A stretch of 64,000 nt of DNA from Acutalibacteraceae bacterium (GTDB lineage Bacteria > Bacillota > Clostridia > Oscillospirales > Acutalibacteraceae): contig JAZQKX010000013.1 of NCBI GenBank assembly GCA_045542355.1, forward strand, positions 4,049 through 68,048. The letters are read 5' to 3'. This document shows positions 46,976 to 57,700 of this stretch, piece by piece. How positions within the stretch are numbered: position 1 is the stretch's first letter; each line of letters opens with the position of its first letter. A program made the translations under genes and the position numbers. A model generated the notes under the pieces. That model did not search any database. It was given only the letters and a program-made list of their open reading frames with translations, and was not told the DNA's origin.

Positions 46976-47893
46976 TTACTTTCTAATCTTAGAAAAGTAT
47001 TTGAATGTTAATGGCCACACACAACCCGCAACCACTACCATAAGAAAATATCTTAGAGATTGAACAACTATTTGTGAGCTAATTCCAAGCGCAGAAAATA
47101 GAGGTTTTAAACCCTCTTTTACTGCGAGTATCACAATTAATCCCAGAACAACCTTTAAAATTTGCCCAAGCAGAGGAGCATCGGTTTTAAAATTGGTGTA
47201 GTTATTGTCTACATAGTAAACCACCACAATTCCAATAATAGCGCCAAATAGCTTATAAGCATTTTTAATGGCTGATTGTAGATTAGCTACGTCGGTGTCA
47301 GCGGGAAATTGATATATATTTACATATAAGAGATTTGTAAGTGATATTAACACCATTATGCCGATAAGCCACCACATATACCTATGGTCAGTTTCAGCCT
47401 TTTTAATGATTGGATGAAAAACTAATAGAAGTATAAGCGCAATTACAACAGAGGTTATTACATCCATTGGCGTATGTACACCCAAATACATTCTTGAGAT
47501 AGGAACGAGAAAAGTAATAATTATTGATATAATTTTTAACCACTTAATTTTTGTGGTTTTGGCAATCCCGCCGAAGGTGGCTACGGAGCTTTGGGTATGA
47601 CCGCTGGGGAATGAATAGCCTGTGGCTTCGGCTCTCGCTGATTCAACAATAGTGAACTGTGGATCTTTTATCCAAGGGCGAGGTATTCTGTATGTGATTT
47701 TTAAAAACTGATTTATAACAGTTCCGAGAAATCCTATGCTCAGTATATAATATCCCGTGTATTTATTGACACACCAAAACAGTATCAAGGCAGTGACCAT
47801 GAACACGGTTTCTTCGCCGAATTTAGTTATAATAGAAAAGAAAGCGTCTAAAACCGGATTTCTGATTAATTCAAAAAAATATAAAACATCCAT
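46976..47893 (-). CDS. PAP2-family membrane phosphatase
   Basis: KxxxxxxRP, SFPSGHT and SRxxxxxH-type (SRMYLGVHTPMD) acid-phosphatase motifs are present. The protein is polytopic. Confidence 0.82.
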   Translation of the reverse strand: MDVLYFFELIRNPVLDAFFSIITKFGEETVFMVTALILFWCVNKYTGYYILSIGFLGTVINQFLKITYRIPRPWIKDPQFTIVESARAEATGYSFPSGHTQSSVATFGGIAKTTKIKWLKIISIIITFLVPISRMYLGVHTPMDVITSVVIALILLLVFHPIIKKAETDHRYMWWLIGIMVLISLTNLLYVNIYQFPADTDVANLQSAIKNAYKLFGAIIGIVVVYYVDNNYTNFKTDAPLLGQILKVVLGLIVILAVKEGLKPLFSALGISSQIVVQSLRYFLMVVVAGCVWPLTFKYFSKIRK

Positions 47894-47961
47894 ACTTTTT
47901 CCGTCTTTCGATAAATTTTTAGGGCTTGAGTATTATGCTCAAACCCTAAGTTAACTTATTG

Positions 47962-48309
47962 TTAGAAAGCGCTGTAGAAAATACTTGAGAACACAGCTAT
48001 GTATGCTATGGAAATCACAATACCGATAACAATAGAGATTGCATAGTAGATTAAGTATGCCTTAAAATAGTTGGATTTATTAGGGTTGTCAGTTTTACTG
48101 AATGCCCAGACAAACATCATGATTATGTTTACGCAAGGTATGAGCATAACAAGAAGTGTGAGAAGCCAATCCTTAACCGACATAACAGGTGCAAGGGGTT
48201 CGTTGTACATATAGGGGTTAGGAGTGTACTGAGGCGGTTGCTGGAAGTCAGGTTGAGATACAACTTCCATTTCGTTTTGCTGTTCGAAGTTTTGATTATT
48301 GTTTTCCAT
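47962..48309 (-). CDS. Small membrane protein with a Gln/Pro-rich N-terminus and two TM helices (unknown function)
   Basis: 115 aa with two clear hydrophobic segments. It sits 3 nt downstream of the DUF2752 gene. Confidence 0.55.
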   Translation of the reverse strand: MENNNQNFEQQNEMEVVSQPDFQQPPQYTPNPYMYNEPLAPVMSVKDWLLTLLVMLIPCVNIIMMFVWAFSKTDNPNKSNYFKAYLIYYAISIVIGIVISIAYIAVFSSIFYSAF

Positions 48310-48312
48310 ATT

Positions 48313-48780
48313 TTACCCTCCAGTAAAATTAAAAATTAAATTTATAACATTCCTAAAAAGATTGTTATTGTTATAAGTCATTGGCTCGGTTGTTGGAAAT
48401 AAAGCGATTAATCGATATATGTAAACCGGTATTGATAACACCAAAATACTAATAAGAAAAACATTGATCAATCTTTTACATGCAATGCCGAAATATCTAT
48501 TTAAAATCCAAAGTATTGTGGTTATTATAATGAGATATATCAGCGGATTAAGAGAAAATGCTTCTAGTAAATCGAAGGATATAAGTTTCAGTGCGGCTCT
48601 GGTTAATCCGCAGAAAGGACAGGGAAGACCAACCAGAAGTTTACTGATGCAAACCGTACCGAAAGCTAAATCAAAAACCGAGAACACTAAAAAGGTTGTT
48701 ATAAGATTGTCTATATTTTCCGCTACATCCTGCCTGAATTTATTAAAGGCTATTTTAAACATTGAATCTAAACAGAACAA
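48313..48780 (-). CDS. DUF2752-like membrane protein
   Basis: A CPFCGLTRA motif with 4 TM segments. The start may be the internal Met at 48762. The 5' end overlaps the ychF stop region. Confidence 0.65.
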   Translation of the reverse strand: MFCLDSMFKIAFNKFRQDVAENIDNLITTFLVFSVFDLAFGTVCISKLLVGLPCPFCGLTRAALKLISFDLLEAFSLNPLIYLIIITTILWILNRYFGIACKRLINVFLISILVLSIPVYIYRLIALFPTTEPMTYNNNNLFRNVINLIFNFTGG

Positions 48781-49849
48781 TATCGCCGTCCTGCATCACA
48801 TATTCTTTACCCTCACTGCGAACAAGACCTTTTTCCTTAGCGGCTACCATGTTACCACATTCAATTAAATCCTTGAACGCAACCACTTCTGCTCGTATAA
48901 ATCCGCGTTCAAAATCAGTATGGATTTTTCCTGCTGCCTGAGGCGCTTTAGTGCCTTTGGTTATGGTCCATGCTCTTACTTCGGGTTTACCTGCTGTAAG
49001 ATAAGAAATGAGACCCAGCAAAGAATAACACTTTTTGATTAATCTTTCGAGTCCTGATTGCTCCAGACCAAGCTCGGATAAAAACATAAGCTTTTCATCC
49101 TGTTCAAGCTCTGAAATCTGAGCTTCAAGCTCTGCACAAATAGGTAAAGTGTCAGCATTTTCACTTTGGGCTATTGCTTCGACTTTTGCATAATAAGGGT
49201 TCTTTTCAAAGCCGGAGCTGAAATCCTCCTCACTCATGTTACATGCGTAAATTACAGGTTTCATCGAAAGGAGAGACACTTCCTTAAGCATTGCTAATTC
49301 GTCGTCGGATTTTTCCATGGAACGGGCAGGAGCACCCGCTTCGAGATGCGCCCAAAGTCTTTTGAGAAAATCAACCTCGGATGCGAGACTCTTGTCGCCT
49401 TTCATTAGTTTAGATACCCTGTCGATGCGGTTTTGCACCATGTCCATATCTGCAAAAATCAATTCAAGGTTAATTGTTTCAATATCACGGGCAGGGTCCA
49501 CAGAGCCATCAACATGAACTATGTTTGTATCATCAAAACACCTTACAACATGTACTATAGCGTCAACCTCTCTAATGTGGGAAAGAAACTTGTTTCCAAG
49601 GCCCTCACCTTTAGAAGCGCCCTTTACAAGTCCTGCTATGTCAACAAATTCTATTGTTGCGGGAGTAAACTTCTCGGGCTCATACATTTCTGCCAACTTA
49701 TCTAAACGCTCATCTGGTACGGAAACCATGCCAACGTTTGGCTCAATAGTGCAGAAAGGGTAGTTAGCTGACTGTGCGCCTGCAGAAGTAATAGCGTTAA
49801 ATAGGGTGGATTTACCTACATTTGGCAAACCTACAATACCTAATTTCAT
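48755..49849 (-). CDS. ychF: Redox-regulated ribosome-binding ATPase YchF
   Basis: GIVGLPNVGKSTLFNA, DIAGLVKGAS and a C-terminal TGS-like domain, 364 aa. Confidence 0.93.
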   Translation of the reverse strand: MKLGIVGLPNVGKSTLFNAITSAGAQSANYPFCTIEPNVGMVSVPDERLDKLAEMYEPEKFTPATIEFVDIAGLVKGASKGEGLGNKFLSHIREVDAIVHVVRCFDDTNIVHVDGSVDPARDIETINLELIFADMDMVQNRIDRVSKLMKGDKSLASEVDFLKRLWAHLEAGAPARSMEKSDDELAMLKEVSLLSMKPVIYACNMSEEDFSSGFEKNPYYAKVEAIAQSENADTLPICAELEAQISELEQDEKLMFLSELGLEQSGLERLIKKCYSLLGLISYLTAGKPEVRAWTITKGTKAPQAAGKIHTDFERGFIRAEVVAFKDLIECGNMVAAKEKGLVRSEGKEYVMQDGDIVLFRFNV

Positions 49850-50127
49850 TTTAAAGCCTCCAATTTATTGTATTTTACTGATGGAATAGTTATAAACCAT
49901 TAACAATAATTCCCTTATCCGCTGAAATCAGCGGATGCGAAACACGGAATAAACCATTGTTTTGCTAATCTATATCCATTATAATTGCATTCATAAAATA
50001 TTTCAACAATTTTAAGCAAAAAATTGGAATTAAGGACTATTATTTTTCAAAAAAATATAGTATAATATATTTAAATATTTATGCATTATGGATAAGTGTG
50101 TAAAATATAGGATGGTGAATTGCATTA

Positions 50128-51090
50128 ATGAAGACAGAATATTCGGTTTCTTTGCAAAAAATTGCAGATGAGTTTTCTTTAGAAAAGGTTTATTCTCCGC
50201 AAGACCCCAGTGAAATTCTAATAAAAAGCACCGAAATAAATAAACCTGGTATTCAGTTTGGCGGTTATTATGAATTCTACGATAATTCCAGAATACAAAT
50301 CATAGGAAAACTTGAGGACAGTTTTTTATATAACCATACTCAGGATGAATGCGCCCAGATTATTGACAAATTTTTCTCAACCAAACCTCCGGTTGTAATT
50401 ATCACAAGAGAACTTGAGATTTCTGAACTGATGCTGGATGCCTCCAAAAAATATGGCGTACCTATATACAGAACTCCTGACAGCACTTCGAGTTTTATGT
50501 CGGCACTAATTGCCTTTCTTAATGTCAGATTAGCTCCAAGAGTTGTTCGCCACGGAGTGCTTGTTGAGGTATATGGCGAGGGTGTACTTATCTTAGGTGA
50601 TAGCGGTATTGGAAAGAGCGAAACCGCTATAGAGCTTGTAAAACGCGGTCACAGGTTAATTGCAGATGACGCGGTGGAAATCAGAAAGGTTTCTTCCAAA
50701 TCACTTGTTGGGTCTGCTCCCGAAAACATAAGACATTTTATCGAGCTTCGCGGCATAGGTATTGTGAATGTCAGACGCATATTTGGTGTGGGCTCAGTTA
50801 AGCTTACAGAAAAGATAGATATGGTTATCAACCTTGAAACCTGGGAAGCGGGTAAACAATATGACCGAATGGGTTTAGAATCCGAAAAAATGAATATACT
50901 TGGATTAGATGTTGTTTCGGTTACAATACCTGTAAAGCCAGGTAGAAATCTTGCTGTAGTCATTGAGGTTGCGGCAATGAATAACAGACAAAAGAAATTA
51001 GGTTACAACGCCGCCGCTGAGCTTCTGCACAAGCTTGGTATGGAAGATGCAACAGTGGAGGCTTCAAAAAGCGAAGTGGAACCTTTTTAA
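50128..51090 (+). CDS. hprK: HPr kinase/phosphorylase
   Basis: A GDSGIGKSETA P-loop and the LIADDAVEI / ELRGIGI signature. Confidence 0.9.
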   Translation: MKTEYSVSLQKIADEFSLEKVYSPQDPSEILIKSTEINKPGIQFGGYYEFYDNSRIQIIGKLEDSFLYNHTQDECAQIIDKFFSTKPPVVIITRELEISELMLDASKKYGVPIYRTPDSTSSFMSALIAFLNVRLAPRVVRHGVLVEVYGEGVLILGDSGIGKSETAIELVKRGHRLIADDAVEIRKVSSKSLVGSAPENIRHFIELRGIGIVNVRRIFGVGSVKLTEKIDMVINLETWEAGKQYDRMGLESEKMNILGLDVVSVTIPVKPGRNLAVVIEVAAMNNRQKKLGYNAAAELLHKLGMEDATVEASKSEVEPF

Positions 51091-51108
51091 TTAAAGGAGA
51101 AGTAAATT

Positions 51109-52062
51109 GTGTACAGAGTAGGAATTGATTTAGGCGGTACAAACATCGCTGTAGGTGTTGTAGATGATAACTACAACATTATAGGCAGCGGTAAGGTTAA
51201 GACAAAGGCGCCAAGACCTGCTGATGAGATATGCGACGATATTGCAACAGCAGTTAAATTAGCTGTTGCTAATGCAAATTTAACAATGGATGACATTGGC
51301 TTTGTTGGCATAGGAGCTCCTGGCTCAATTAATCCGGCGACGGGAATAATTGGTTTTTCAAACAATCTTGGATTTGAAAACACTCCAATTGTTGAGATGC
51401 TCGAAAGCAGAATTGGTAAAAAAATTATTATTGACAACGACGCTAATGCAGCAGCTGTTGGAGAGATGTTAGCTGGTGCAGGAAAGGGATGCAATAACAT
51501 AGTTGCCGTTACTCTTGGCACTGGTGTTGGCGGTGGTACAATCATCGATGGCAAAATGTTACTCGGTAGTAATTTTGCCGGGGGAGAGTTAGGTCATACG
51601 GTTATAGATATGGATGGTATTCAGTGTAATTGCGGCAGAAAGGGTTGCTGGGAGGCATACGCATCTGCAACCGCTCTTGTTAGACAGACAAAAGAAAAAA
51701 TGCTTTCTAATAAAGACAGCAAAATGTGGGATATTGTTAACGGTAATATTGATAAGGTTAACGGCAAAACCGCTTTTGATGCAATGCGCCTCAATGATAA
51801 AGCGGGTACTGAAGTTGTTGATAAATACTGTGATTATGTTGCTTGTGGCGTTATTAATATCATTAACGTGTTCCAGCCTGACGTAATCTGTATCGGTGGT
51901 GGTATCTCCAAAGAAGGGGATCTGCTTATTTCGAGAATTGAAAAGCATAATTCTGAAAGATTTTCCAGAAATATCGATAAGCAGTCATTAATTAAAACTG
52001 CTGAACTTGGCAATGACGCGGGTATCATTGGCGCCGCAATGTTGGATAAAATTTATAGTTAA
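51109..52062 (+). CDS. glcK: ROK-family glucokinase
   Basis: GTG start. GIDLGGTN, NDANAAAVGE and the ROK zinc motif GHTVIDMDGIQCNCGRKGCWE are present. Confidence 0.85.
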   Translation: MYRVGIDLGGTNIAVGVVDDNYNIIGSGKVKTKAPRPADEICDDIATAVKLAVANANLTMDDIGFVGIGAPGSINPATGIIGFSNNLGFENTPIVEMLESRIGKKIIIDNDANAAAVGEMLAGAGKGCNNIVAVTLGTGVGGGTIIDGKMLLGSNFAGGELGHTVIDMDGIQCNCGRKGCWEAYASATALVRQTKEKMLSNKDSKMWDIVNGNIDKVNGKTAFDAMRLNDKAGTEVVDKYCDYVACGVINIINVFQPDVICIGGGISKEGDLLISRIEKHNSERFSRNIDKQSLIKTAELGNDAGIIGAAMLDKIYS

Positions 52063-52064
52063 GG

Positions 52065-52979
52065 GTGTTTTGCTTGGTTTCTCTTATCCTTGAATATTTA
52101 GAAAACGAGAAAATTGAATATATTCAAAGTGCTCAGATGAGTGAATATACAAGTTTTAAAATAGGCGGTCCGGCGGATTTTCTATGTTTCCCTGACGGAT
52201 TACCTCAGCTTAAAAGTTTACTTAGCTTTTGCCGTGATAAAAACGTTCCATATTTTATTTTAGGCAACGGTTCAAATCTGTTAGTTTCGGATTTGGGAGT
52301 TGAGGGAATTGTTATTTCGTTAAAGCATTTTAATGAGATAACCTATCATCCGGCTTTTGAAATTTCTTGTAGCGCAGGTGTTAAGCTTTCAAAACTTTGC
52401 ACCTTTGCTTTGGAGAATTCTCTTTCGGGATTAGAGTTTGCATGGGGGATTCCCGGCACCGTCGGCGGCGCAATATACATGAATGCAGGAGCCTACAATG
52501 GAGAAATTTCCTCAGTATTGAAAGAATGCACATTTATAGATGAGGAGGGTAATGTCGTTCAGGCAGATGTTTCAAGCTTACAGCTTGGATATCGTAGTAG
52601 CATATTCTCCGATTCGTCTAAAGTTATAGTCAGCGCGGTTTTTCGGCTAAGAAATGATAGAAAAGATAATATCAAGGCTGTTATGGATGATTTAATCAAC
52701 CGTAGGCGCACTAAACAACCTTTGGAGTATCCAAGTGCCGGTAGCACATTTAAACGTCCTCAGGGTCATTTTGCTGGCGCTCTTATTGAGGAGTGCGGAC
52801 TTAAAGGCATGGCTGTCGGCGATGCCGAGGTCAGCGAAAAACATGCTGGTTTTGTTATCAACAAGGGTTCTGCCACCTGCAATGATGTTCTCTCATTAAT
52901 TTCAAAAATCAAACAAGAGGTTTTTCTTCATAAGAGCGTAACATTAGAGCCGGAGGTGAAGACGGTTGGTAGGTTCTGA
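52065..52979 (+). CDS. murB: UDP-N-acetylenolpyruvoylglucosamine reductase
   Basis: TSFKIGGPADF, GNGSNLL and PSAGSTFKRP motifs are present. The exact start is uncertain (GTG at 52065). Confidence 0.88.
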   Translation: MFCLVSLILEYLENEKIEYIQSAQMSEYTSFKIGGPADFLCFPDGLPQLKSLLSFCRDKNVPYFILGNGSNLLVSDLGVEGIVISLKHFNEITYHPAFEISCSAGVKLSKLCTFALENSLSGLEFAWGIPGTVGGAIYMNAGAYNGEISSVLKECTFIDEEGNVVQADVSSLQLGYRSSIFSDSSKVIVSAVFRLRNDRKDNIKAVMDDLINRRRTKQPLEYPSAGSTFKRPQGHFAGALIEECGLKGMAVGDAEVSEKHAGFVINKGSATCNDVLSLISKIKQEVFLHKSVTLEPEVKTVGRF

Positions 52980-53838
52980 CTTTAATTTCGTAATTATCAC
53001 AGGTATGTCTGGCGCTGGTAAGTCTCAGGCTGCACATGCACTTGAGGATATTGGATTTTATTGCATAGATAATATTCCTCCTGTATTGATTCCATCTATT
53101 GTGGATTTAAGCATCAAGGGAGAGGCTAATCTTTCGAAAATCGCTGTTATTACCGACCTTCGCGGCGGTGAGATGTTTGATGATATCGATGAGACCTTGA
53201 GTCTTTTAAAGCAAAGAGGGGTAGAGCCGAAAATTCTTTTTCTTGACGCCTCAGATTCTGAACTCTCCAGACGTTATAAGGAAAGCCGACGGTCTCATCC
53301 ACTTTCTACTTCCTTGAATTTGTCCATTGAAGAAGCCATTTTAAAGGAACGAGAATGCCTTAAAAAGATTAGATCATACTCTGACTTTATAATTGACACC
53401 ACTTTTTATTCCAGTAATCAGCTTAAACAACGTCTTGTTGATATATTTTTTAATGATAAACATTTATCTTTAAACATACAGTTGATAACCTTTGGTTTTA
53501 AGCACGGCCCCTGTAGTGATGCAGATTTGGTGTTTGACGTAAGGTGTTTGCCAAATCCTTTTTATATTGACGAACTGAGAGATTTAAGCGGATTGGATAA
53601 ACCGGTCAGTGATTATGTTATGAATTTTCCTCAGTCGCAGATGCTATTGGACAAATTAAATGAATTGGTTGATTTTTTAATTCCTCTTTATCAGAGCGAG
53701 GGCAAAAGTCAGCTTGTTGTTGCGGTAGGTTGCACTGGTGGTAAGCATCGTTCTGTTGCCATTGCCAATGCTATTTATAATTTTCTTTCTTCAAAGGACT
53801 ATAATGTAAGTCTTACTAACCGTGATATTAAAAAATAA
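52966..53838 (+). CDS. rapZ: RNase adapter protein RapZ (YvcJ)
   Basis: TTG start 8 nt after GGAGGTG. It has a GMSGAGKS P-loop and a C-terminal GCTGGKHRSV motif. Confidence 0.9.
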   Translation: MVGSDFNFVIITGMSGAGKSQAAHALEDIGFYCIDNIPPVLIPSIVDLSIKGEANLSKIAVITDLRGGEMFDDIDETLSLLKQRGVEPKILFLDASDSELSRRYKESRRSHPLSTSLNLSIEEAILKERECLKKIRSYSDFIIDTTFYSSNQLKQRLVDIFFNDKHLSLNIQLITFGFKHGPCSDADLVFDVRCLPNPFYIDELRDLSGLDKPVSDYVMNFPQSQMLLDKLNELVDFLIPLYQSEGKSQLVVAVGCTGGKHRSVAIANAIYNFLSSKDYNVSLTNRDIKK

Positions 53839-53858
53839 CTCTTATCTTTGGTGATATC

Positions 53859-54716
53859 ATGTCTTTTTCTTGGGAAGTTAAAACCGAAATATGTAAGGTA
53901 AAGCCAACCGATTGCTGTGTGTATGCTGAATTATATGGCATACTGCTTTTCAGTCGGAGTTTTTCTAATGCCGATATTTTTTATTCTTCCGACAGACAGG
54001 ATATTGCTGATAGGTGCGCTTCCCTTATTTCTTCAGTATACAAATTCAAACCAACTCACACCCAAGACAAGGGTAATCATAGTCTTAAAGCAGATATCAT
54101 TAATGTGGGTAAGCTATATGCTGATTTTATAACTGTAGAATACATAACAGATGTTTTTGGATGTGACACCTGCTTTTCTTCATTTCTAAGAGGCGCTTTT
54201 TTGTCATCTGGCACTGTAACAGACCCCAATAAAGATTTTCATTTAGAATTAAAAACCCTTAATGAAGCTGTTGCATTATCAACCCACGCGCTTCTTGTTA
54301 CTCAGGGATTCAAAGCGCACATTTCAAAGCGTGGGAAATATCATATTGTGTATTTTAAGGGCAACGAAAATATTTCGGATTTTCTTGCGTTGATTGGGGC
54401 CTCAAAAAAGGCACTGGAAGTTATTGATGCGGGTATGATTAAGGAAATGAGAAATCGGGTTAACAGAGCAAAAAACTGTGAAACTGCTAATATTGGAAAA
54501 ACTGTTAATGCAATGATAAAACAGGTAAAAGCTATAAATATACTTAATTCCAGCGGTAGGTTAAACAACCTATCTGAGGAGTTGCAGTATGCCGCAAAGC
54601 TTCGTCTCGACAATCCTGATATGTCTTTATCCGACCTTTCTAAGCTGTGCGGAATTTCGCGTTCTGGACTTAACCACAGACTCAATAGGCTAATTGAATT
54701 AGCCGACGATAAATAA
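53859..54716 (+). CDS. whiA: DNA-binding sporulation/cell-division regulator WhiA
   Basis: N-terminus FSWEVKTEI, a LAGLIDADG-like middle region and a C-terminal HTH (LSKLCGISRSGLNHRL). Confidence 0.9.
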   Translation: MSFSWEVKTEICKVKPTDCCVYAELYGILLFSRSFSNADIFYSSDRQDIADRCASLISSVYKFKPTHTQDKGNHSLKADIINVGKLYADFITVEYITDVFGCDTCFSSFLRGAFLSSGTVTDPNKDFHLELKTLNEAVALSTHALLVTQGFKAHISKRGKYHIVYFKGNENISDFLALIGASKKALEVIDAGMIKEMRNRVNRAKNCETANIGKTVNAMIKQVKAINILNSSGRLNNLSEELQYAAKLRLDNPDMSLSDLSKLCGISRSGLNHRLNRLIELADDK

Positions 54717-54728
54717 GAGGTGACGTAT

Positions 54729-57700
54729 ATGTCGTTTGTACATCTTCATGTTCATACAGAATACAGCTTATTAGACGGTGCCTGCCGTATTAATGAGCTT
54801 ATTAATTCTGCAAAAGAAGATGGACAAAAGGCTATTGCGATAACAGACCACGGTGTCATGTATGGCGCTGTGGATTTTTTTAAAGCAGCTAAAAATGCTG
54901 GTATTAAACCAATAATTGGCTGTGAGGTATATGTAGCTCCAAGAAGTCGTTTCGACAAGGACAAGCTATTGGACTCACGATACAATCATCTTATTTTACT
55001 TTGTAAGGACGAAATAGGATATAAAAACTTAATTTATTTAGTGTCAAAAGCTTTTACCGAAGGTTTTTATTCTAAACCACGAATAGATAAAGTACTGTTG
55101 AGTGAACACAGCGAGGGTCTCATTGCGCTTTCTGCCTGTCTTGCCGGCGAAATACCATCTAAGATTTTACAAAATAATTTCGATGGCGCAAAAGCAGCTG
55201 CGCTTGAATATAATAAAATATTCGGTGATGGTAACTATTATCTTGAATTGCAGAATCACGGCTACACCGAAGAAGCGACTGTAAATAACAAGCTTATACA
55301 GATATCCCATGAGACAGGCATCCCGTTGGTTTGTACAAACGATGTACATTATGTAAAGAAGACTGATCACGAAATGCAGAATGTACTGCTATGCATAGGC
55401 ACCAACCATACTGTTAATGAGGAAAACCCCCTTTCTTTCGACACTCAGGAATTCTATTTAAAAACTCAAAATGAAATGTCGGAGCTATTTTCTTCTGTTC
55501 CTGAGGCAGTAGAAAATTCATCTAAAATTGCTAACAAATGTAATTTTGAATTTGAATTTGGAAATGTTAAGCTTCCTTATTTCGACCTTGGAAACAGGGT
55601 ACACAGCGATGTTTTACGCGAAGATTGTTATAATGGACTCCGTAATTTAATTGGAGAAAACCCTCCTAAAGAATATGTCGACAGATTGGAATATGAGCTT
55701 GATATAATCAATAAAATGGGGTATACAGATTACTTTTTGATTGTAGCTGATTTCGTTAATTTTGCTAAGAAGAAAGCTATTCCTGTTGGTCCCGGAAGAG
55801 GCTCGGGTGCGGGAAGCCTTGCGGCATATTGTATGGGTATAACCGGGATTGACCCAATTAAACTTAATCTCTTATTCGAGCGTTTTCTTAACCCAGAACG
55901 TGTATCAATGCCCGACTTTGATGTAGATTTTTGCTATATAAGACGACAAGAGGTTATAGATTACGTTATAGAAAAGTATGGTGAAGATCATGTTTCTCAG
56001 ATTGCAACATTTGGTACATTAAAGGCTAAAGCTGCAGTTAGAGATGTGGGCAGGGTATATGGTATTTCATACGCTGTATGCGATAGTGTAGCCAAATTAA
56101 TTCCAAACCGTTTGGGTGCTAATATTAAAGAAGCTTTGGAAGAATCTAAAGAGTTGAAACAGAAATACAACACCGACGCTGATGTGAAACGTATAATCGA
56201 TATGGCTGAGCGTATTGAAGGTATGCCCAGACATATGTCTACCCATGCGGCGGGGGTTGTAATTACCGATAAACCGGTGTCTGATTATGTGCCTTTAGCT
56301 GTCAGCGATAATGTAGTTGTTTCTCAATATCCTATGAATAATTTGGATTTGTTGGGATTATTAAAAATGGATTTTCTCGGTCTTCGAAATCTTACAGTTA
56401 TTGATGATACTGTGAAGCTTATAGGTAATGGATTTAAAGTTTCAGATATTCCGTTAAATGACCCTAAGACCATGCAGATGATGGCATCTGGCGATACAAC
56501 AGGTGTGTTCCAGTATGAATCCGCAGGTATGAGGACTGTTTTAAAAAGCCTGAAACCTGAAAATATGGAAGACTTAATAGCTGTTATTTCTCTTTATCGT
56601 CCCGGTCCGCGTCAATATATACCGAAATACGTACACTTCAGACATAATAAAGATAAAATCGTTTATGACACCCCTCTCTTAAAACCTATACTTGAAGTCA
56701 CCTACGGATGTATTGTATATCAAGAACAGGTTATGCAGATTTTCAGACAGGTTGCTGGTTATTCCTTTGGCAGAGCCGATATTGTTCGTCGTGCTATGTC
56801 AAAGAAAAAGCACGATGTTCTTGAACGAGAAAGAAATGTTTTCCTTTATGGTGAAAAGGATGAGGTTGGCGGTGTTATAATCGAGGGTGCTGTTAACAGG
56901 GGAGTACCCGAGAAAATTGCTGTTAAGCTTTTCGAAGAAATTACAGCCTTTTCGTCATATGCATTTAATAAATCTCACGCGGCGGCATACGCATATGTTG
57001 CATATCAGACTGCATATTTAAAATGCCATTATCCAAAAGAATACATGTCTTCTTTACTAACAAGCGTTCTTGATTTTTCGGGCAAGGTTTCTGAATATTT
57101 AAAAGAATGCGAGAACATGAATTTAAATATCCTGCCTCCTTCTATTAATCATAGTTATGGAGAGTTTACGTGCGACAATGGCGGAGTTCGCTTTGGACTT
57201 CTTGCAATTAAAAATCTTGGTAGGAACAACATTAACGCTATTGTTAATATTCGCGAGAGCGAAGGTGGTTTCAAAAATGTTTATGACTTCTGCATGAAAA
57301 TCGGCAAATCTCCCATTAATCGTAGGGGAGTAGAGGCCTTGATAAAATGCGGAGCTATGGATTGTATTGGTCTGACAAGACGAGCCCTAATGCTCTCCCT
57401 GGATAAAATATATAATTTCATCGAGACTGAGCGTCGCTCTATGGGTGGAGGACAAATCTCGCTGTTTGATAATGAACAACGTTTGAGCGGTGTTGAAAAC
57501 ACTTTTTCCAATGTTGAGGAATTCTCATTAGATGAACTTCTTGCCTTTGAAAAAGAGGTTACTGATTTCTACATTTCCGGTCACCCAGTGCAGCATTTTG
57601 CTCATTTTAGTGATATAATCGGTGCAAAAAATATTTCCGATTTGCTAATTGCAGAAGACGCTGAAACTATAAAGGACGGAGAAAACGTTGTTATATTGGG

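Noticed and set aside
47894-47961. Hairpin TTAGGGCTTGAG/CTCAAACCCTAA as a terminator for the small membrane protein gene
   Set aside because: It forms an 11/12-bp stem but has no T-run on either strand. It may stabilise RNA, but I cannot call it a terminator with confidence.
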